Assembly: GCA_001513145.1 (NCBI GenBank)
Contig: LFSP01000037.1
Location: forward strand, 3,163 to 67,162
Length of the DNA stretch: 64,000 nucleotides
Source of the DNA: Clostridia bacterium DTU025
GTDB lineage: Bacteria > Bacillota > DTU025
Reading direction: 5' to 3'
Numbering within the stretch: the stretch's first letter is position 1; every line of letters begins with the position of its first letter. This document shows positions 51,844-61,361 of this stretch, piece by piece. Made by a program: the position numbers and the translations under genes. The notes under the pieces were generated by a model. The model had not been told where the DNA came from and did not search any database. It saw only the letters and a program-made list of their open reading frames with translations.

Positions 51844-52425
51844 TCAGTTCTTCAGTAATATGGAGACGGTGTCGCCGTTGTTCAGACAGGCGGCATTGGC
51901 CTCGTCGGTGTCGATATGCATCTCCAAGGAGAAGGTGGGATCGACGCGGACCAGCACCTCGTCGAAGATGAGCGCACGGTCGCCGTCCACCTTGACCATG
52001 ACTACGTCGCGGTCCTTCAGTCCCAGCTGCTGGGCGTCCTCAGGGGTCATGTGTATGTGGCGCTTCGCCAGGATCGCTCCGGCCTCCAGCTCAACGCTGC
52101 CGGCGGGCCCCTGAATCTTCAGGGAAGCGGAACCCTCCAGGTCGCCTGAATCTCTCACAGGCGGGTTGATGCCCAGCGCGAAGCAGTCGGTGCGGGACAC
52201 CTCCACCTGGGTGCGCTTGCGGCAGGGGCCGAGGATTCGAACGTTTGCGATGGAACCTTTCGGGCCGATGAGCGTGACGGTCTCCTCCGCCGCGTACTGG
52301 CCTTTCTGGCTCAAGTCCTTCTTGACGGTGAGCTGAGCGCCTTTTCCGAACAGCGTCTCGAGATCGGCTTGTGATACGTGCAGGTGCCTGTTGGATACAC
52401 CCACTGGAACAGTGAAGGTCGTCAT
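51844..52425 (-). CDS. pduL: Phosphate propanoyltransferase / PduL-type phosphotransacylase
   Basis: Duplicated motif VPVGVSNRHLHVS and AKRHIHMTPEDA. Confidence 0.85.
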   Translation of the reverse strand: MTTFTVPVGVSNRHLHVSQADLETLFGKGAQLTVKKDLSQKGQYAAEETVTLIGPKGSIANVRILGPCRKRTQVEVSRTDCFALGINPPVRDSGDLEGSASLKIQGPAGSVELEAGAILAKRHIHMTPEDAQQLGLKDRDVVMVKVDGDRALIFDEVLVRVDPTFSLEMHIDTDEANAACLNNGDTVSILLKN

Positions 52426-52557
52426 GCAGTTGCCTCCTTGTGAATTACATCATCCCCATGATAGACCAGCCCGGGATCAAAAGCAAACGTGCTCCTCAGC
52501 AACGTTACGCCGCCCCTGCAGGCCACCTCTGGACAGTCCCTGGGCGGCGATCTGGTG

Positions 52558-52587
52558 TTGACAATCACAGCGCCGGGGCTGTAGAAT
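52558..52587 (+). promoter_or_regulatory. Promoter of tRNA-Trp
   Basis: TTGACA (52558-52563), 18-nt spacer, TAGAAT (52582-52587). Confidence 0.55.
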
Positions 52588-52612
52588 CAATGTAGCGCCG
52601 ACCGGCGCATGC

Positions 52613-52688
52613 AGGGGAGTAGCTCAACTGGTAGAGCATCGGTCTCCAAAACCGAGGGCTGCGGGTTCGAGTCCTGTCTCCCCTGCCA
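52613..52688 (+). tRNA. tRNA-Trp (anticodon CCA), CCA encoded
   Basis: Acceptor AGGGGAG/CTCCCCT, anticodon stem CGGTC with loop TCCAAAA, T arm GCGGG-TTCGAGT-CCTGT. Confidence 0.9.
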
Positions 52689-52708
52689 CTTTTTTGTGGG
52701 TCATACGG

Positions 52709-52742
52709 GCCGCCTGGCGTTCCAGGCGGCTTCTTTTTTTTT
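52709..52742. terminator. Intrinsic terminator after tRNA-Trp, also facing the convergent sigma-54 activator gene
   Basis: GCCGCCTGG-CGTT-CCAGGCGGC followed by TTCTTTTTTTTT. Confidence 0.8.
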
Positions 52743-52756
52743 CGCCGCGCCCGGGG

Positions 52757-54259
52757 CTACTCGCGGATCCCCAGGCGCTTCATCCGATTCTGCAAGGTCT
52801 GCCTCGGCAGTCCAAGTTCACGCGCGGCTGCCGAGATGTTGTTCTCATGCTTCGCCAGTGCCAGGCAGATCATGTTCATCTCCACCTGGCGGAGCGTCCC
52901 GTTCAGGTCCATTCCTCCCGTGGCCTCCTCATCGGCTACCCGCTGCGGCAAGCCCGAGCGTCGCGGCGCTTCATCCGCGGAGGAACCCGCCGTCGGCGCC
53001 TTCTCGTGATCCCGTCTACACATGTATGCAGGAAGGTGCTCCATGCCGATAAGATCCCCCTGCATCACTTGCACCGCTGACTCGATCACCCGTTGCAGCT
53101 CCGCAACGTTCCCAGGCCAGCTGTGGCTCCTGAGAAGGGCCATCACGTCATCGGCGACACCCCGCACCGTCGATCGGAACTCCTGGGCGTAGTGGCGGAT
53201 GAAGTGCTCCACCAGGGGGCCGATGTCGTCCCGACGTTCCCGAAGCGGAGGAACCTCGATCACCGCTACGTCCGCGCCACCGAAGAGCTCCTCCACCAGG
53301 TCGTCCAGGTTTGCTCTGGACTCGGCAGGCAGGGCAGCCGTGGCCACCAAGCGCACGTCCACGCTCCGGTCCGTCTGCTCCCCCACCCTCGCGACGGCGC
53401 CGTCGCGGATGGCCTTTCCAAGCCGCGCCCGAAGATCCGCGGGGATCGCCTGCACCTGCTGAAGGCAGAGCGTGCCTCCGTCGGCCACCTCGAACAGACC
53501 TGGCATGTTCGACACGCCTGTCCAAGGGCACCTGGCGGTTCCGAAGATGATGTTCGCGAGGAGGCTCCCGGGAAGCGCCGCGCAGTCCTGGGATATGAAC
53601 GGCTGCCATGCCCGAACGCTGTAGCTATGTATGCATTGTGCCAGGAGCTCCTTGCCGGTGCCGGCCTCTCCCCACAGCAGAACAGGCAGCGAGCGCGAAG
53701 AGGCTTCCCGCGCAGCTGCCACAACTGAACGCATTTTCTGACCACTTGCCACCACGTCGGAGAAGGCATGTGACGCTGCGCCCGCCCTTCGATTGGGCAT
53801 CAGCTGGGGACGGCCGTACGCTTCGGCAACCAGCTGGGCCTGAAGCGTTTGAAGGGCTTCCGCCAGGCGCCTGAGCAGGCTGACGTCACGGCATACCTCC
53901 ACGGCGCCGATGAGCCTTGCGCCTGCATACACAGGAAGCGTGGAGTTTATGGTGGTGATGGGTTGCCCGTCGCGGCCTATCAGCGTTCGGGTGCCTCCGG
54001 CGGCGCGGCCAGTCCTGAGCGCCCACAGAAGGGCGTTGGTGTCGTCGGACAACGACGGGAACACCGCCAGGATGTGTCTGCCCTCAACTTCGGCAGGCTC
54101 CAGGTCGTGCAGGGTAGCCGCCGCACTGTTGTAGAACACCGTGACTCCGGACATGTCGACGATGTGGACCCCTTCGTCCACGGAGTGAAGCGCCGCTTTC
54201 AGGCTCGCGTTGAGATGCCCTAGGTCGACACTGCTTCCAGCCATTGACGACATCTGCAT
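52757..54259 (-). CDS. Sigma-54-dependent transcriptional activator (PAS sensor, AAA+, Fis-type HTH); start 54253-54259
   Basis: Walker A GEAGTGKE, PAS-like N-terminus, C-terminal HTH NISAAARELGLPRQTLQNRMKRLGI. The upstream part of ORF 52757-54586 is junk. The GAFTGA loop is degenerate (RCPWTGV). Confidence 0.85.
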   Translation of the reverse strand: MQMSSMAGSSVDLGHLNASLKAALHSVDEGVHIVDMSGVTVFYNSAAATLHDLEPAEVEGRHILAVFPSLSDDTNALLWALRTGRAAGGTRTLIGRDGQPITTINSTLPVYAGARLIGAVEVCRDVSLLRRLAEALQTLQAQLVAEAYGRPQLMPNRRAGAASHAFSDVVASGQKMRSVVAAAREASSRSLPVLLWGEAGTGKELLAQCIHSYSVRAWQPFISQDCAALPGSLLANIIFGTARCPWTGVSNMPGLFEVADGGTLCLQQVQAIPADLRARLGKAIRDGAVARVGEQTDRSVDVRLVATAALPAESRANLDDLVEELFGGADVAVIEVPPLRERRDDIGPLVEHFIRHYAQEFRSTVRGVADDVMALLRSHSWPGNVAELQRVIESAVQVMQGDLIGMEHLPAYMCRRDHEKAPTAGSSADEAPRRSGLPQRVADEEATGGMDLNGTLRQVEMNMICLALAKHENNISAAARELGLPRQTLQNRMKRLGIRE

Positions 54260-54369
54260 GCACCCCCAGCCAGCTGTACGCCCAAATATGGGCGCCCAGT
54301 AGTATTCTACCGTACGCGGTAGGAACTTGCCAGCATACGGCAGGGCGCATACAGGTTCCAGAACTGCCC

Positions 54370-55308
54370 TCAGTTGAGGGCCGCGGAGATGATGGCAGTG
54401 AGCAGTTGCCCGAAGCTCAGTCCGACGGCTTTGGCCGCATCCGGAAGAAGGCTGACCTCGGTGAGGCCTGGAAGGGTGTTGACCTCCAGCACCCAGGGCG
54501 TTCCGTCTGCATCCACCATCAGGTCGGTCCGCGAGTAACCCCTGCAGCCCAGAGCGGTGTGGGCCGCCAGGGCCAGGCGCCTGCACTCATCGTCGGAAGC
54601 CGGGCTGATGCGGGCGGGGATAATGTGATCGGACTTTCCCGGGGTGTACTTGGCATCGTAATCGTAGAACTCATTTGCAGGCACTATCTCAAGCACCGGG
54701 AGGGCCTGGGGCCTGCCTGGTTCGGGATACTCCAGAACCCCTACGGTTACCTCAGTGCCGGCAATGAAACGCTCCACCACGATCCTGGGATCGTAACGGA
54801 AGGCGGTCTCGAGGGCCTCGACAAGCTTCCCAGTCTCCCTGACTATGCTTATGCCGACTGTGGATCCCTGGCATGCGGGCTTGACCACGCAGGGCACGCC
54901 GATCTCGCGGACGCACCGCGAGGTGGCGGCGCCGATCCCGCCAGAGCGCTCCACGGTGATGAACTCAGGAGTCCGGACGTCTGAAGCGACGAACAGCTGT
55001 TTCGACATGATCTTATCCATGGCGAGGGCGCTGGCGAGAACGCCCGACCCCGTGTATGGCAGCCCCAGCAGTTCGAGGGCGCCCTGCACGCATCCGTTCT
55101 CCCCGGTTCCGCCGTGCAGGGCTATGAAGACGACGTCCGGCCTCATGGCGGCCAGCCTGAACAGGTCCTCTTCGGCTGGGTCCACGCAGATCACCTCGTG
55201 CCCCAGCTCCACCAGAGCCTTCTCCACTTGCCTGCCGGAACGGAGCGACACCTCGCGTTCGCTGCTGTTCCCACCGAGGAGTACTGCTATTCTCAACGGC
55301 TTGACCAT
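54370..55308 (-). CDS. ddl: D-alanine--D-alanine ligase
   Basis: IAVLLGGNSSEREVSLRSG, FIALHGGTGENG.VQG.LE, VEVNTLPGLT. ATG 55308 follows GAGGTGAGGG (ORF track starts at 55320). Confidence 0.95.
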   Translation of the reverse strand: MVKPLRIAVLLGGNSSEREVSLRSGRQVEKALVELGHEVICVDPAEEDLFRLAAMRPDVVFIALHGGTGENGCVQGALELLGLPYTGSGVLASALAMDKIMSKQLFVASDVRTPEFITVERSGGIGAATSRCVREIGVPCVVKPACQGSTVGISIVRETGKLVEALETAFRYDPRIVVERFIAGTEVTVGVLEYPEPGRPQALPVLEIVPANEFYDYDAKYTPGKSDHIIPARISPASDDECRRLALAAHTALGCRGYSRTDLMVDADGTPWVLEVNTLPGLTEVSLLPDAAKAVGLSFGQLLTAIISAALN

Positions 55309-55339
55309 GCCAGCCCTCACCTCATAGTCATAGGAGTAG

Positions 55340-55552
55340 TCACAGCGGCCAGGCGCTGAGCACCGCGCTGAACACCGCCAGCGTTGCCCTTCCGGCCAGA
55401 AGCACGTAGACGGCGCCTGCCAGCGCCAGCAGGCCCCGCAGGGCCGCTGCAGCGCGGCCTCTTGCTGCGGCGTAGCCTCGCATCCTCACCCACATCACCG
55501 CCACCAGCACGTAAAGCGCCACGGCTGAAGCTTGGAGAAGGTCCATAGCCAA
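55340..55552 (-). CDS. Small hypothetical membrane protein (70 aa, two hydrophobic segments)
   Basis: Fits the surE-ddl gap on the same strand. Ala/Leu-rich, so it could be a GC artefact. Confidence 0.3.
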   Translation of the reverse strand: MAMDLLQASAVALYVLVAVMWVRMRGYAAARGRAAAALRGLLALAGAVYVLLAGRATLAVFSAVLSAWPL

Positions 55553-55578
55553 CGGGCATCACCAGTGCAGTGTATGCC

Positions 55579-56355
55579 CTATTCTAGCCCATCGTCCCAC
55601 TCCCTGAGCACAGCCATGGCAGCCACGTCGGTGAAGTCAGCACGAAGCGGTGTGACGGAGATCTCACCGCGCCGGATCGCTGCGGTGTCGAAGTCTCCCT
55701 CATCGGGCCCATCCAAGACCGGCACGCCGCATAACCAGTAGTATACCTTGCCACGGGGATCGGTCCGCCTGTCGAATACGTTGCAGTAGCGCTGCACCCC
55801 CAGGCGCGTTACGGTGAAGCGCGAGAGATCGGCGCCGTCGGGCACGTTCACGTTCAGGAGCACGCCTTGGGGAAGCCCGTTTCGCAGCACCGCTTTGGCG
55901 ATGGCCACGGCTGCCGAGGCCGCGTGGGAGTAGCCGGCAGGTTCATAGTCGGCCGTGGACACCGCCAAGGACGGTATCCCAGCGGAGGCCCCCTCCATCG
56001 CCGCCGCAACGGTGCCTGAGTACAGCACGTCGGTGCCTAGGTTGGGGCCGCGGTTAACGCCTGTCACGACGAGGTCTGGCCGCTCCGACAGCAGCACTTC
56101 CAGGGCCATCTTCATGGAATCGGCGGGAGTTCCCGTGGTGCTCCAGGCCTGAACGGCTCCGGGCAATCCCAGCTCTTCGCAGCGGATTGGAACGCCCATG
56201 GTGAGACCGTGGCTCACCGCGCTGCGCTCCCTGTCGGGGGCGCAGACGTACACCTCAAACCCGGCATCGGCCATGGCGACGCAAAGCGCCCGTATCCCAG
56301 GCGCCCAGATCCCGTCGTCGTTACCGATAAGCACTCGATGCATCCGCGGCCTCAC
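55579..56355 (-). CDS. surE: 5'/3'-nucleotidase SurE
   Basis: VLIGNDDGIWAPGIRAL, GVNRGPNLG.DVLYSGTV.AA.EG. Confidence 0.9.
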   Translation of the reverse strand: MRPRMHRVLIGNDDGIWAPGIRALCVAMADAGFEVYVCAPDRERSAVSHGLTMGVPIRCEELGLPGAVQAWSTTGTPADSMKMALEVLLSERPDLVVTGVNRGPNLGTDVLYSGTVAAAMEGASAGIPSLAVSTADYEPAGYSHAASAAVAIAKAVLRNGLPQGVLLNVNVPDGADLSRFTVTRLGVQRYCNVFDRRTDPRGKVYYWLCGVPVLDGPDEGDFDTAAIRRGEISVTPLRADFTDVAAMAVLREWDDGLE

Positions 56356-57044
56356 CAGTTATCCATTTCAGCCTGAAGCACTCCAGGCAGGGCCAGCACG
56401 TGTTGGAGGATCTCGGCGTAGGGAGACCTGCCCACGTACTTGGCGTTCTCGTGGCTGATGTTTATCTCTATGGTCACCGTGGCGTCCTCGCGGTCCACGT
56501 TGACGTCTGTGGCGACGATGTTAAGCCCGAACCTTCCGATTTCTGTTGCCACTTCGCCCAGAAGCCCCGGACGGTCAATGGCCTTCAGGCGCAGCACCGT
56601 TGCCTCGTGCGGGAAGTAGCGCCGCTCCAGTCGGGCCATGAGGGCAAGCACCAGGTGCACCAACACTGTGCCTGCCATCGCCACGGCCACCATTCCCGAT
56701 CCAGCCGCCATGCCGATGCCAGCCGTGGTCCAGAGGCTGGCCGCGGTGGTGAGGCCCCTGATGGTGATGCCCTCGTGCATTATGGTTCCCGCTCCGAGGA
56801 AGCCTACTCCGGTAACGATCTGCGCGGCCACCCTTGCAGGGTCGCGCCCTCCCATGGCTGCCACGCCGCCGAACCCCCTGATGCTGATCAGCGTGAACAG
56901 TGCAGACCCCAGGGAGACCAGCGCGTGCGTGCGCAGGCCGGCCGATTTGCCTTGCCGTTCTCGCTCGAGCCCGATCACGGCTCCCAGCAGCACCGACAAG
57001 GCCAGCAATCCCATGCTCTCCGCTACGTCTATCAAGTGCTCCAT
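56352..57044 (-). CDS. MgtC/SapB family membrane protein with a C-terminal ACT-like domain
   Basis: LGAVIGLERERQGKSAGLRTHALVSLGSALF. ATG 57044 follows a GGAGTG RBS. Confidence 0.8.
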   Translation of the reverse strand: MEHLIDVAESMGLLALSVLLGAVIGLERERQGKSAGLRTHALVSLGSALFTLISIRGFGGVAAMGGRDPARVAAQIVTGVGFLGAGTIMHEGITIRGLTTAASLWTTAGIGMAAGSGMVAVAMAGTVLVHLVLALMARLERRYFPHEATVLRLKAIDRPGLLGEVATEIGRFGLNIVATDVNVDREDATVTIEINISHENAKYVGRSPYAEILQHVLALPGVLQAEMDNW

Positions 57045-57076
57045 TTGCGTTCTCACTCCAGTGGCTACCGTCGAAT

Positions 57077-57967
57077 TCAACTGCTTCCTTTCGAGAGCCT
57101 CAGCACCTCGCATGCTGTGGCCTTAACCAGCTCGCGCGTCTGGTGCATTGCCTGGATCACCGGCCCGATGCACTCGTCGCCGGCGATCTCGCGAACAGCC
57201 TGCACTGCCAAGAGACGAAGGTCCTGGTTCTCAAGGCAGATCAGCACCAAGGGTTCCACCGCTCGGAGGTCGCCCATCCACCTGAGGGCCTGAATCGCGG
57301 CACACCGTACGTCGTGCGATTCGTCGCCCAGGCATTCGATTAGAGCGTCCACGGAGCGCCTATCACCTATCTTGCGAAGTGCCTCAACCGCTTCGTATCT
57401 TACACCTGCGTCAGAGCTTCTCAACAGCTCCATCAGGGCGTCGATGGCCTGTCGTTCCGCGCGATCTCCCAGGAGCTTGATGAGGCGCTTCTTCATGTAC
57501 GGGGGGGCCGCCTCCAGTTCGTCCACGACAAGCCGCCACACCAGGTCCCCTCTGGCGTTCCGAAGGGCGCTGAGGGCGCTGTAGTACACGTATACGCTAT
57601 CGTCTCCAAGGGCTTGAACCAAGGCGGCCACTGCCGACGGATGATCCAGCGAAGCGAGGCCTTCAACTGCCCAGAGCCTCACGGTCTCATCTGGATCGTT
57701 CAGCGCCTCACCTAAGGCCGGCAGGCACCTGGGATCGCGCATCTTGGACAGCCCATAGGCGGCAGCGCGGCGCATGTTGACGTCTCCAGTGGCAAGCACA
57801 TCGATGAGCAGCTCAAGCAGCTGCACGCTGACCTGAGCCACCTGTTCGGAGGCGGGAGAACGACGTTGAACGTCTATGCGCGCGATCTCCCGTTCCAGGT
57901 TCTCAAGCTGTTCGATTATGGACTTGACCTTCTCGCACTCAGGCGCCGGAGCCTTCAACAAATGCAC
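57077..57967 (-). CDS. HEAT-repeat (PBS lyase-like) protein
   Basis: Repeated ...R..AA.ALG..GD.RAV..L...L.D modules (e.g. VRLWAVEGLASLDHPSAVAALVQALGDD and VRCAAIQALRWMGDLRAVEPL). Confidence 0.7.
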   Translation of the reverse strand: MHLLKAPAPECEKVKSIIEQLENLEREIARIDVQRRSPASEQVAQVSVQLLELLIDVLATGDVNMRRAAAYGLSKMRDPRCLPALGEALNDPDETVRLWAVEGLASLDHPSAVAALVQALGDDSVYVYYSALSALRNARGDLVWRLVVDELEAAPPYMKKRLIKLLGDRAERQAIDALMELLRSSDAGVRYEAVEALRKIGDRRSVDALIECLGDESHDVRCAAIQALRWMGDLRAVEPLVLICLENQDLRLLAVQAVREIAGDECIGPVIQAMHQTRELVKATACEVLRLSKGSS

Positions 57968-58036
57968 CCCGCATCATGCCGCAACTAGGGGAAAACTGAA
58001 AGAACATTCGACGCTCCGGCGCCCGCTCCCTGCCTG

Positions 58037-58648
58037 CTAACTCTTCTTCAGGCGGAATCTGTTCTCTGTGCCGCTCCGCAGCCTCTGGATGTTGGACTTG
58101 TGCCGAACCACCGCGAAGACCGCCACCGCGGAGCTGGCCACAACGTACGCCCCAGGAGCGCCCACCAACAAGCACACGATGGGAACAGCCACGGCGCCGA
58201 CCATGGATCCCAGAGACACATAGCGAGTGAGCGCCACCACGGCCATCCAGATCAGCGCGAAGGCGATACCCGCCTGAGGCACGGCGGACATCATGAATCC
58301 CCAGGAGGTGGCTATGCCCTTGCCCCCGCGAAACTGCAGGAACACCGGCCAGTTGTGGCCGACCACTGCCGCAAGGCCTGCAACGGCCGCAACGGAGGGG
58401 CCGGCACCCAGCGCCTTCGCCAGAAGCGTGGGAAGAGCGCCTTTTCCGGCGTCCAGCACGAAGGTGGCCAAGGCGAAGCGCAAGCCCAACGTCCTGAGCA
58501 CGTTGGTGGCGCCTATGTTGCCGCTGCCGTACCTGCGCACGTCTACGCCAGTCCACACCCGCCCGAGGATCAGGCCGAATGGAACGGAACCTAGCAGATA
58601 TGAAGCTGCGATAAGTAGTATGTAGAGTGCTGTCAAACGCGACTGCAC
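58037..58648 (-). CDS. plsY: Glycerol-3-phosphate acyltransferase PlsY
   Basis: YLLGSVPFGLILG...GSGNIGATNVLRTLG...KGIATS.G. Confidence 0.95.
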   Translation of the reverse strand: MQSRLTALYILLIAASYLLGSVPFGLILGRVWTGVDVRRYGSGNIGATNVLRTLGLRFALATFVLDAGKGALPTLLAKALGAGPSVAAVAGLAAVVGHNWPVFLQFRGGKGIATSWGFMMSAVPQAGIAFALIWMAVVALTRYVSLGSMVGAVAVPIVCLLVGAPGAYVVASSAVAVFAVVRHKSNIQRLRSGTENRFRLKKS

Positions 58649-58671
58649 CTCCTGGACTAGGCGTTCGGTGT

Positions 58672-59982
58672 TCAGCTCCGCTTCTTGAAGGCAACCTGGA
58701 TCGGCGTGCCCTCAAAGCCGAAGGCGTTACGGATTGTATTCTCCAGGTATCTTCGATATGAGAAGTGCACGTATTCCGGGTGATTGGCCCAGAACACGAA
58801 CTGAGGGGGCCTGGTGTCAACCTGGGCTCCGTAGTAGATCTTGACCTCCCTGCCCTTCTCCGGCGGAACGGGGTTACGCAGCAGCGCGTCCTGAAGGAGC
58901 GTGTTAACGTCCGTGGTGGAGACGCGCCTTCGGTGCTGCATGGCGCATTCCCGCACCACCTGTATGAGGCGGCTCACCCTGCGCCCCGTAAGGGCCGAAA
59001 CGAAGACCACCGGCGCATAGAGCATGAAGCTCGTCAAGGTCCTGAGCTTTCTTTCGTACTCCTTGGCGGTGTCCTCATCCCTTTCCACGGCGTCCCATTT
59101 GTTCACCACGAGGACGGATGCCTTGCCCCTGTCGTGGGCATAACCAGCGATCTTCACGTCCTGCGCAGCAGGCTCCTCGGTGCCGTCTACGAGGGCGAGC
59201 ACGACGTCGGACCGTTCGACGGCTCTGTATGCCCTTATCACGCTGTACTTTTCCACGCCGGATTCGATGCGCCCACGCCTGCGGATGCCGGCGGTGTCGA
59301 TGATGACGTACTTCTGTCCGCCGTGCTCGAAGGACGCGTCGATACTGTCACGGGTGGTGCCAGGGACATCGCTGACTACGGAACGGTTCTCGCCGAGAAT
59401 CCTGTTGACCAGGGACGATTTCCCCACGTTCGGGCGGCCCACCACTGCCACCCGTATGACGTCCTCTTCTGGCTCTTCCGCAGGATCGGCTTGGGGAAGG
59501 TGCTTCACCACTGCATCCAGGAGCTCCGCGATGCCGCTGCCGTGCAGCGCCGAGGTGGGTATCACCTCATCGAAACCCAGGCCGTATAGCTCGTAGTCCA
59601 TGTGCCGCGGATCGTCCACCTTGCTGGCAGCCAGGATCACCGGCTTGCCTGACCTGCGAAGCAGCGACGCCACCTCGTCGTCCTCGGCTGTCAGCCCCGT
59701 CCGCGAGTCCACCACGTAGATCAGCGCGTCCGCCTGTTCTATCGCCAGCTCAGCCTGGCGGCGAGTTTGGGAGGCGATGGTGTCGCGAGGATCCTCCTCG
59801 ATACCTCCCGTGTCCACCACGTTGAACCTCTGGCCAGCCCATTCCGCGGAGGCGTAGATCCTGTCCCTGGTGACACCGGGAGTGTCGTCGACTATGGCTA
59901 GCCTCGAGCCGATTATCCTGTTGAAGAGGGCCGACTTGCCCACATTGGGCCGTCCCACGATGGCTACAAGACGTTCAGGCAT
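58672..59982 (-). CDS. der: Ribosome biogenesis GTPase Der (EngA)
   Basis: Two G domains (GRPNVGKSALFN and GRPNVGKSSLVN) and a KH-like C-terminus. Confidence 0.95.
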   Translation of the reverse strand: MPERLVAIVGRPNVGKSALFNRIIGSRLAIVDDTPGVTRDRIYASAEWAGQRFNVVDTGGIEEDPRDTIASQTRRQAELAIEQADALIYVVDSRTGLTAEDDEVASLLRRSGKPVILAASKVDDPRHMDYELYGLGFDEVIPTSALHGSGIAELLDAVVKHLPQADPAEEPEEDVIRVAVVGRPNVGKSSLVNRILGENRSVVSDVPGTTRDSIDASFEHGGQKYVIIDTAGIRRRGRIESGVEKYSVIRAYRAVERSDVVLALVDGTEEPAAQDVKIAGYAHDRGKASVLVVNKWDAVERDEDTAKEYERKLRTLTSFMLYAPVVFVSALTGRRVSRLIQVVRECAMQHRRRVSTTDVNTLLQDALLRNPVPPEKGREVKIYYGAQVDTRPPQFVFWANHPEYVHFSYRRYLENTIRNAFGFEGTPIQVAFKKRS

Positions 59983-59983
59983 G

Positions 59984-61294
59984 TCACCAACTCACCCCAC
60001 CCGCTAGATCAGTCACGGCGTCCACCATCCCCTGGGCGGTCGCCTCAGTGACCATGAGAGGCAGGCCGATGATGGATTCCAGCTGCTCTGGCCGCATATC
60101 GTCAAGGAAGACGTCGCCCCCTCGCCTTAGCATCACATCGGGCACGAGCACCACGTCGCTCTCGGTAGCGCGCGTCTCCCTCAACGTGCGCACTTCCTCG
60201 GCAATATCCTGCCCAACTACTAGACCGGTAACGGTGATATTGGGGCCGAAGAACCGGTTCACCACGGGCAGCACGTCCACCCTGAGGCCGCGGATGGAGT
60301 TGAGCCTCTCGCAGGCGTCGCCGATCACCTTCGCTCCCAGCACCCCGGTGACAACTATCAGCCTCACAGGCCGCTTGAAGGCCTCTGGGAGAGCCGGCTC
60401 CAGGGCGCCGAAATCGTCGAGGAAGGTCCGGGCCAGGCCTATCCCGTTTTCCAGCTGCGGATAGTCATCGTACGCGTCTGCAGGGGGCACCGGCAGGCCG
60501 GCCAGGAAGTAGAACTCGTCGGCGGCGTACGCGTGCCTGTACCGTACCACGACGTCGATGACGCGCTTTGCGTCGTCGGCGGTGACCGGAGAGAGGTCAG
60601 GCAGCCCCAGCCTGTGCCGGGTGAGCCCAACGGGAACCACGCCCACCGACGCCACAGCCGGCCACAGCGCTGTGAGCTGCTCCAGTGTGGCCTCCAGCAC
60701 CGCACCGTCGTTGTGCCCGGGGACCAGCACCACCTGGGCGTGGATCTCAATCCCAGCCGACGCCAGTCTCTTGAGGGTAGGCATGATGGGCCTGGCGCGT
60801 TTCCTCCCCAGGAGCTTGCGCCTGACCTCCTCGTCCGCGGCGTGCACCGACACGTATAGCGGAGACAGCTTCATGGCCTCGATTCGCTGAAGGTCCATCT
60901 CAGATACGTTGGTGAGGGTCACGAAGTTGCCCTCGAGGAGCGAGAGCCTGTAGTCGTCATCCTTGAAATAAAGGCTGCTCCGCAGGCCCTTGGGCAGCTG
61001 GTCGATGAAGCAGAACACGCACTTGTTGGCGCAGCGCCGCTCACAGTCGAACACCAGCTCATGAAAGCGCAGCCCCATCGGTGCGTAGCCGTAGTCCTCC
61101 AGGCGAACCTCGGCCTCGAGAACAGAGCCGTCAAGTTTCTCCACTTCCACGCGGAAAGCGTCCTCCGCGCACATGTACTGGTAGTCTATCACATCTGACA
61201 CCGGCTTGCCGTCGATGGCCAGCAGCCTATCCCCGGCCTCGATCCCCAGCGCCTCAGCGATGCTGCCCGGGTCTACGCCTGCGATTACCCCCAT
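59984..61294 (-). CDS. PDZ / radical-SAM-like / DUF512 protein
   Basis: N-terminal PDZ (GSIAEALGIEAGDRLLAIDGKPV), Cys cluster CANKCVFCF. Position upstream of der is common in Clostridia-type genomes. Confidence 0.8.
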   Translation of the reverse strand: MGVIAGVDPGSIAEALGIEAGDRLLAIDGKPVSDVIDYQYMCAEDAFRVEVEKLDGSVLEAEVRLEDYGYAPMGLRFHELVFDCERRCANKCVFCFIDQLPKGLRSSLYFKDDDYRLSLLEGNFVTLTNVSEMDLQRIEAMKLSPLYVSVHAADEEVRRKLLGRKRARPIMPTLKRLASAGIEIHAQVVLVPGHNDGAVLEATLEQLTALWPAVASVGVVPVGLTRHRLGLPDLSPVTADDAKRVIDVVVRYRHAYAADEFYFLAGLPVPPADAYDDYPQLENGIGLARTFLDDFGALEPALPEAFKRPVRLIVVTGVLGAKVIGDACERLNSIRGLRVDVLPVVNRFFGPNITVTGLVVGQDIAEEVRTLRETRATESDVVLVPDVMLRRGGDVFLDDMRPEQLESIIGLPLMVTEATAQGMVDAVTDLAGGVSW

Positions 61295-61318
61295 GGAAAT
61301 GCCCTCCTGAAAACAAAA

Positions 61319-61357
61319 ACGGAGAGGAGAGCGGCGCTCTCCTCTCCGACGGCTCGG
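61319..61357 (-). terminator. Intrinsic terminator after the prsA-like gene
   Basis: GGAGAGGAGAGC-GGC-GCTCTCCTCTCC, a 12-bp stem. The minus strand continues GTTTTTGTTTTC. Confidence 0.85.
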
Positions 61358-61361
61358 TCGG

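Noticed and set aside
52426-52560. Possible sigma-54 promoter upstream of pduL (minus-strand GGAGCACGTTTGC)
   Set aside because: The spacing between the GG and GC elements is 9 nt rather than the required 10, and the flanking consensus is poor.
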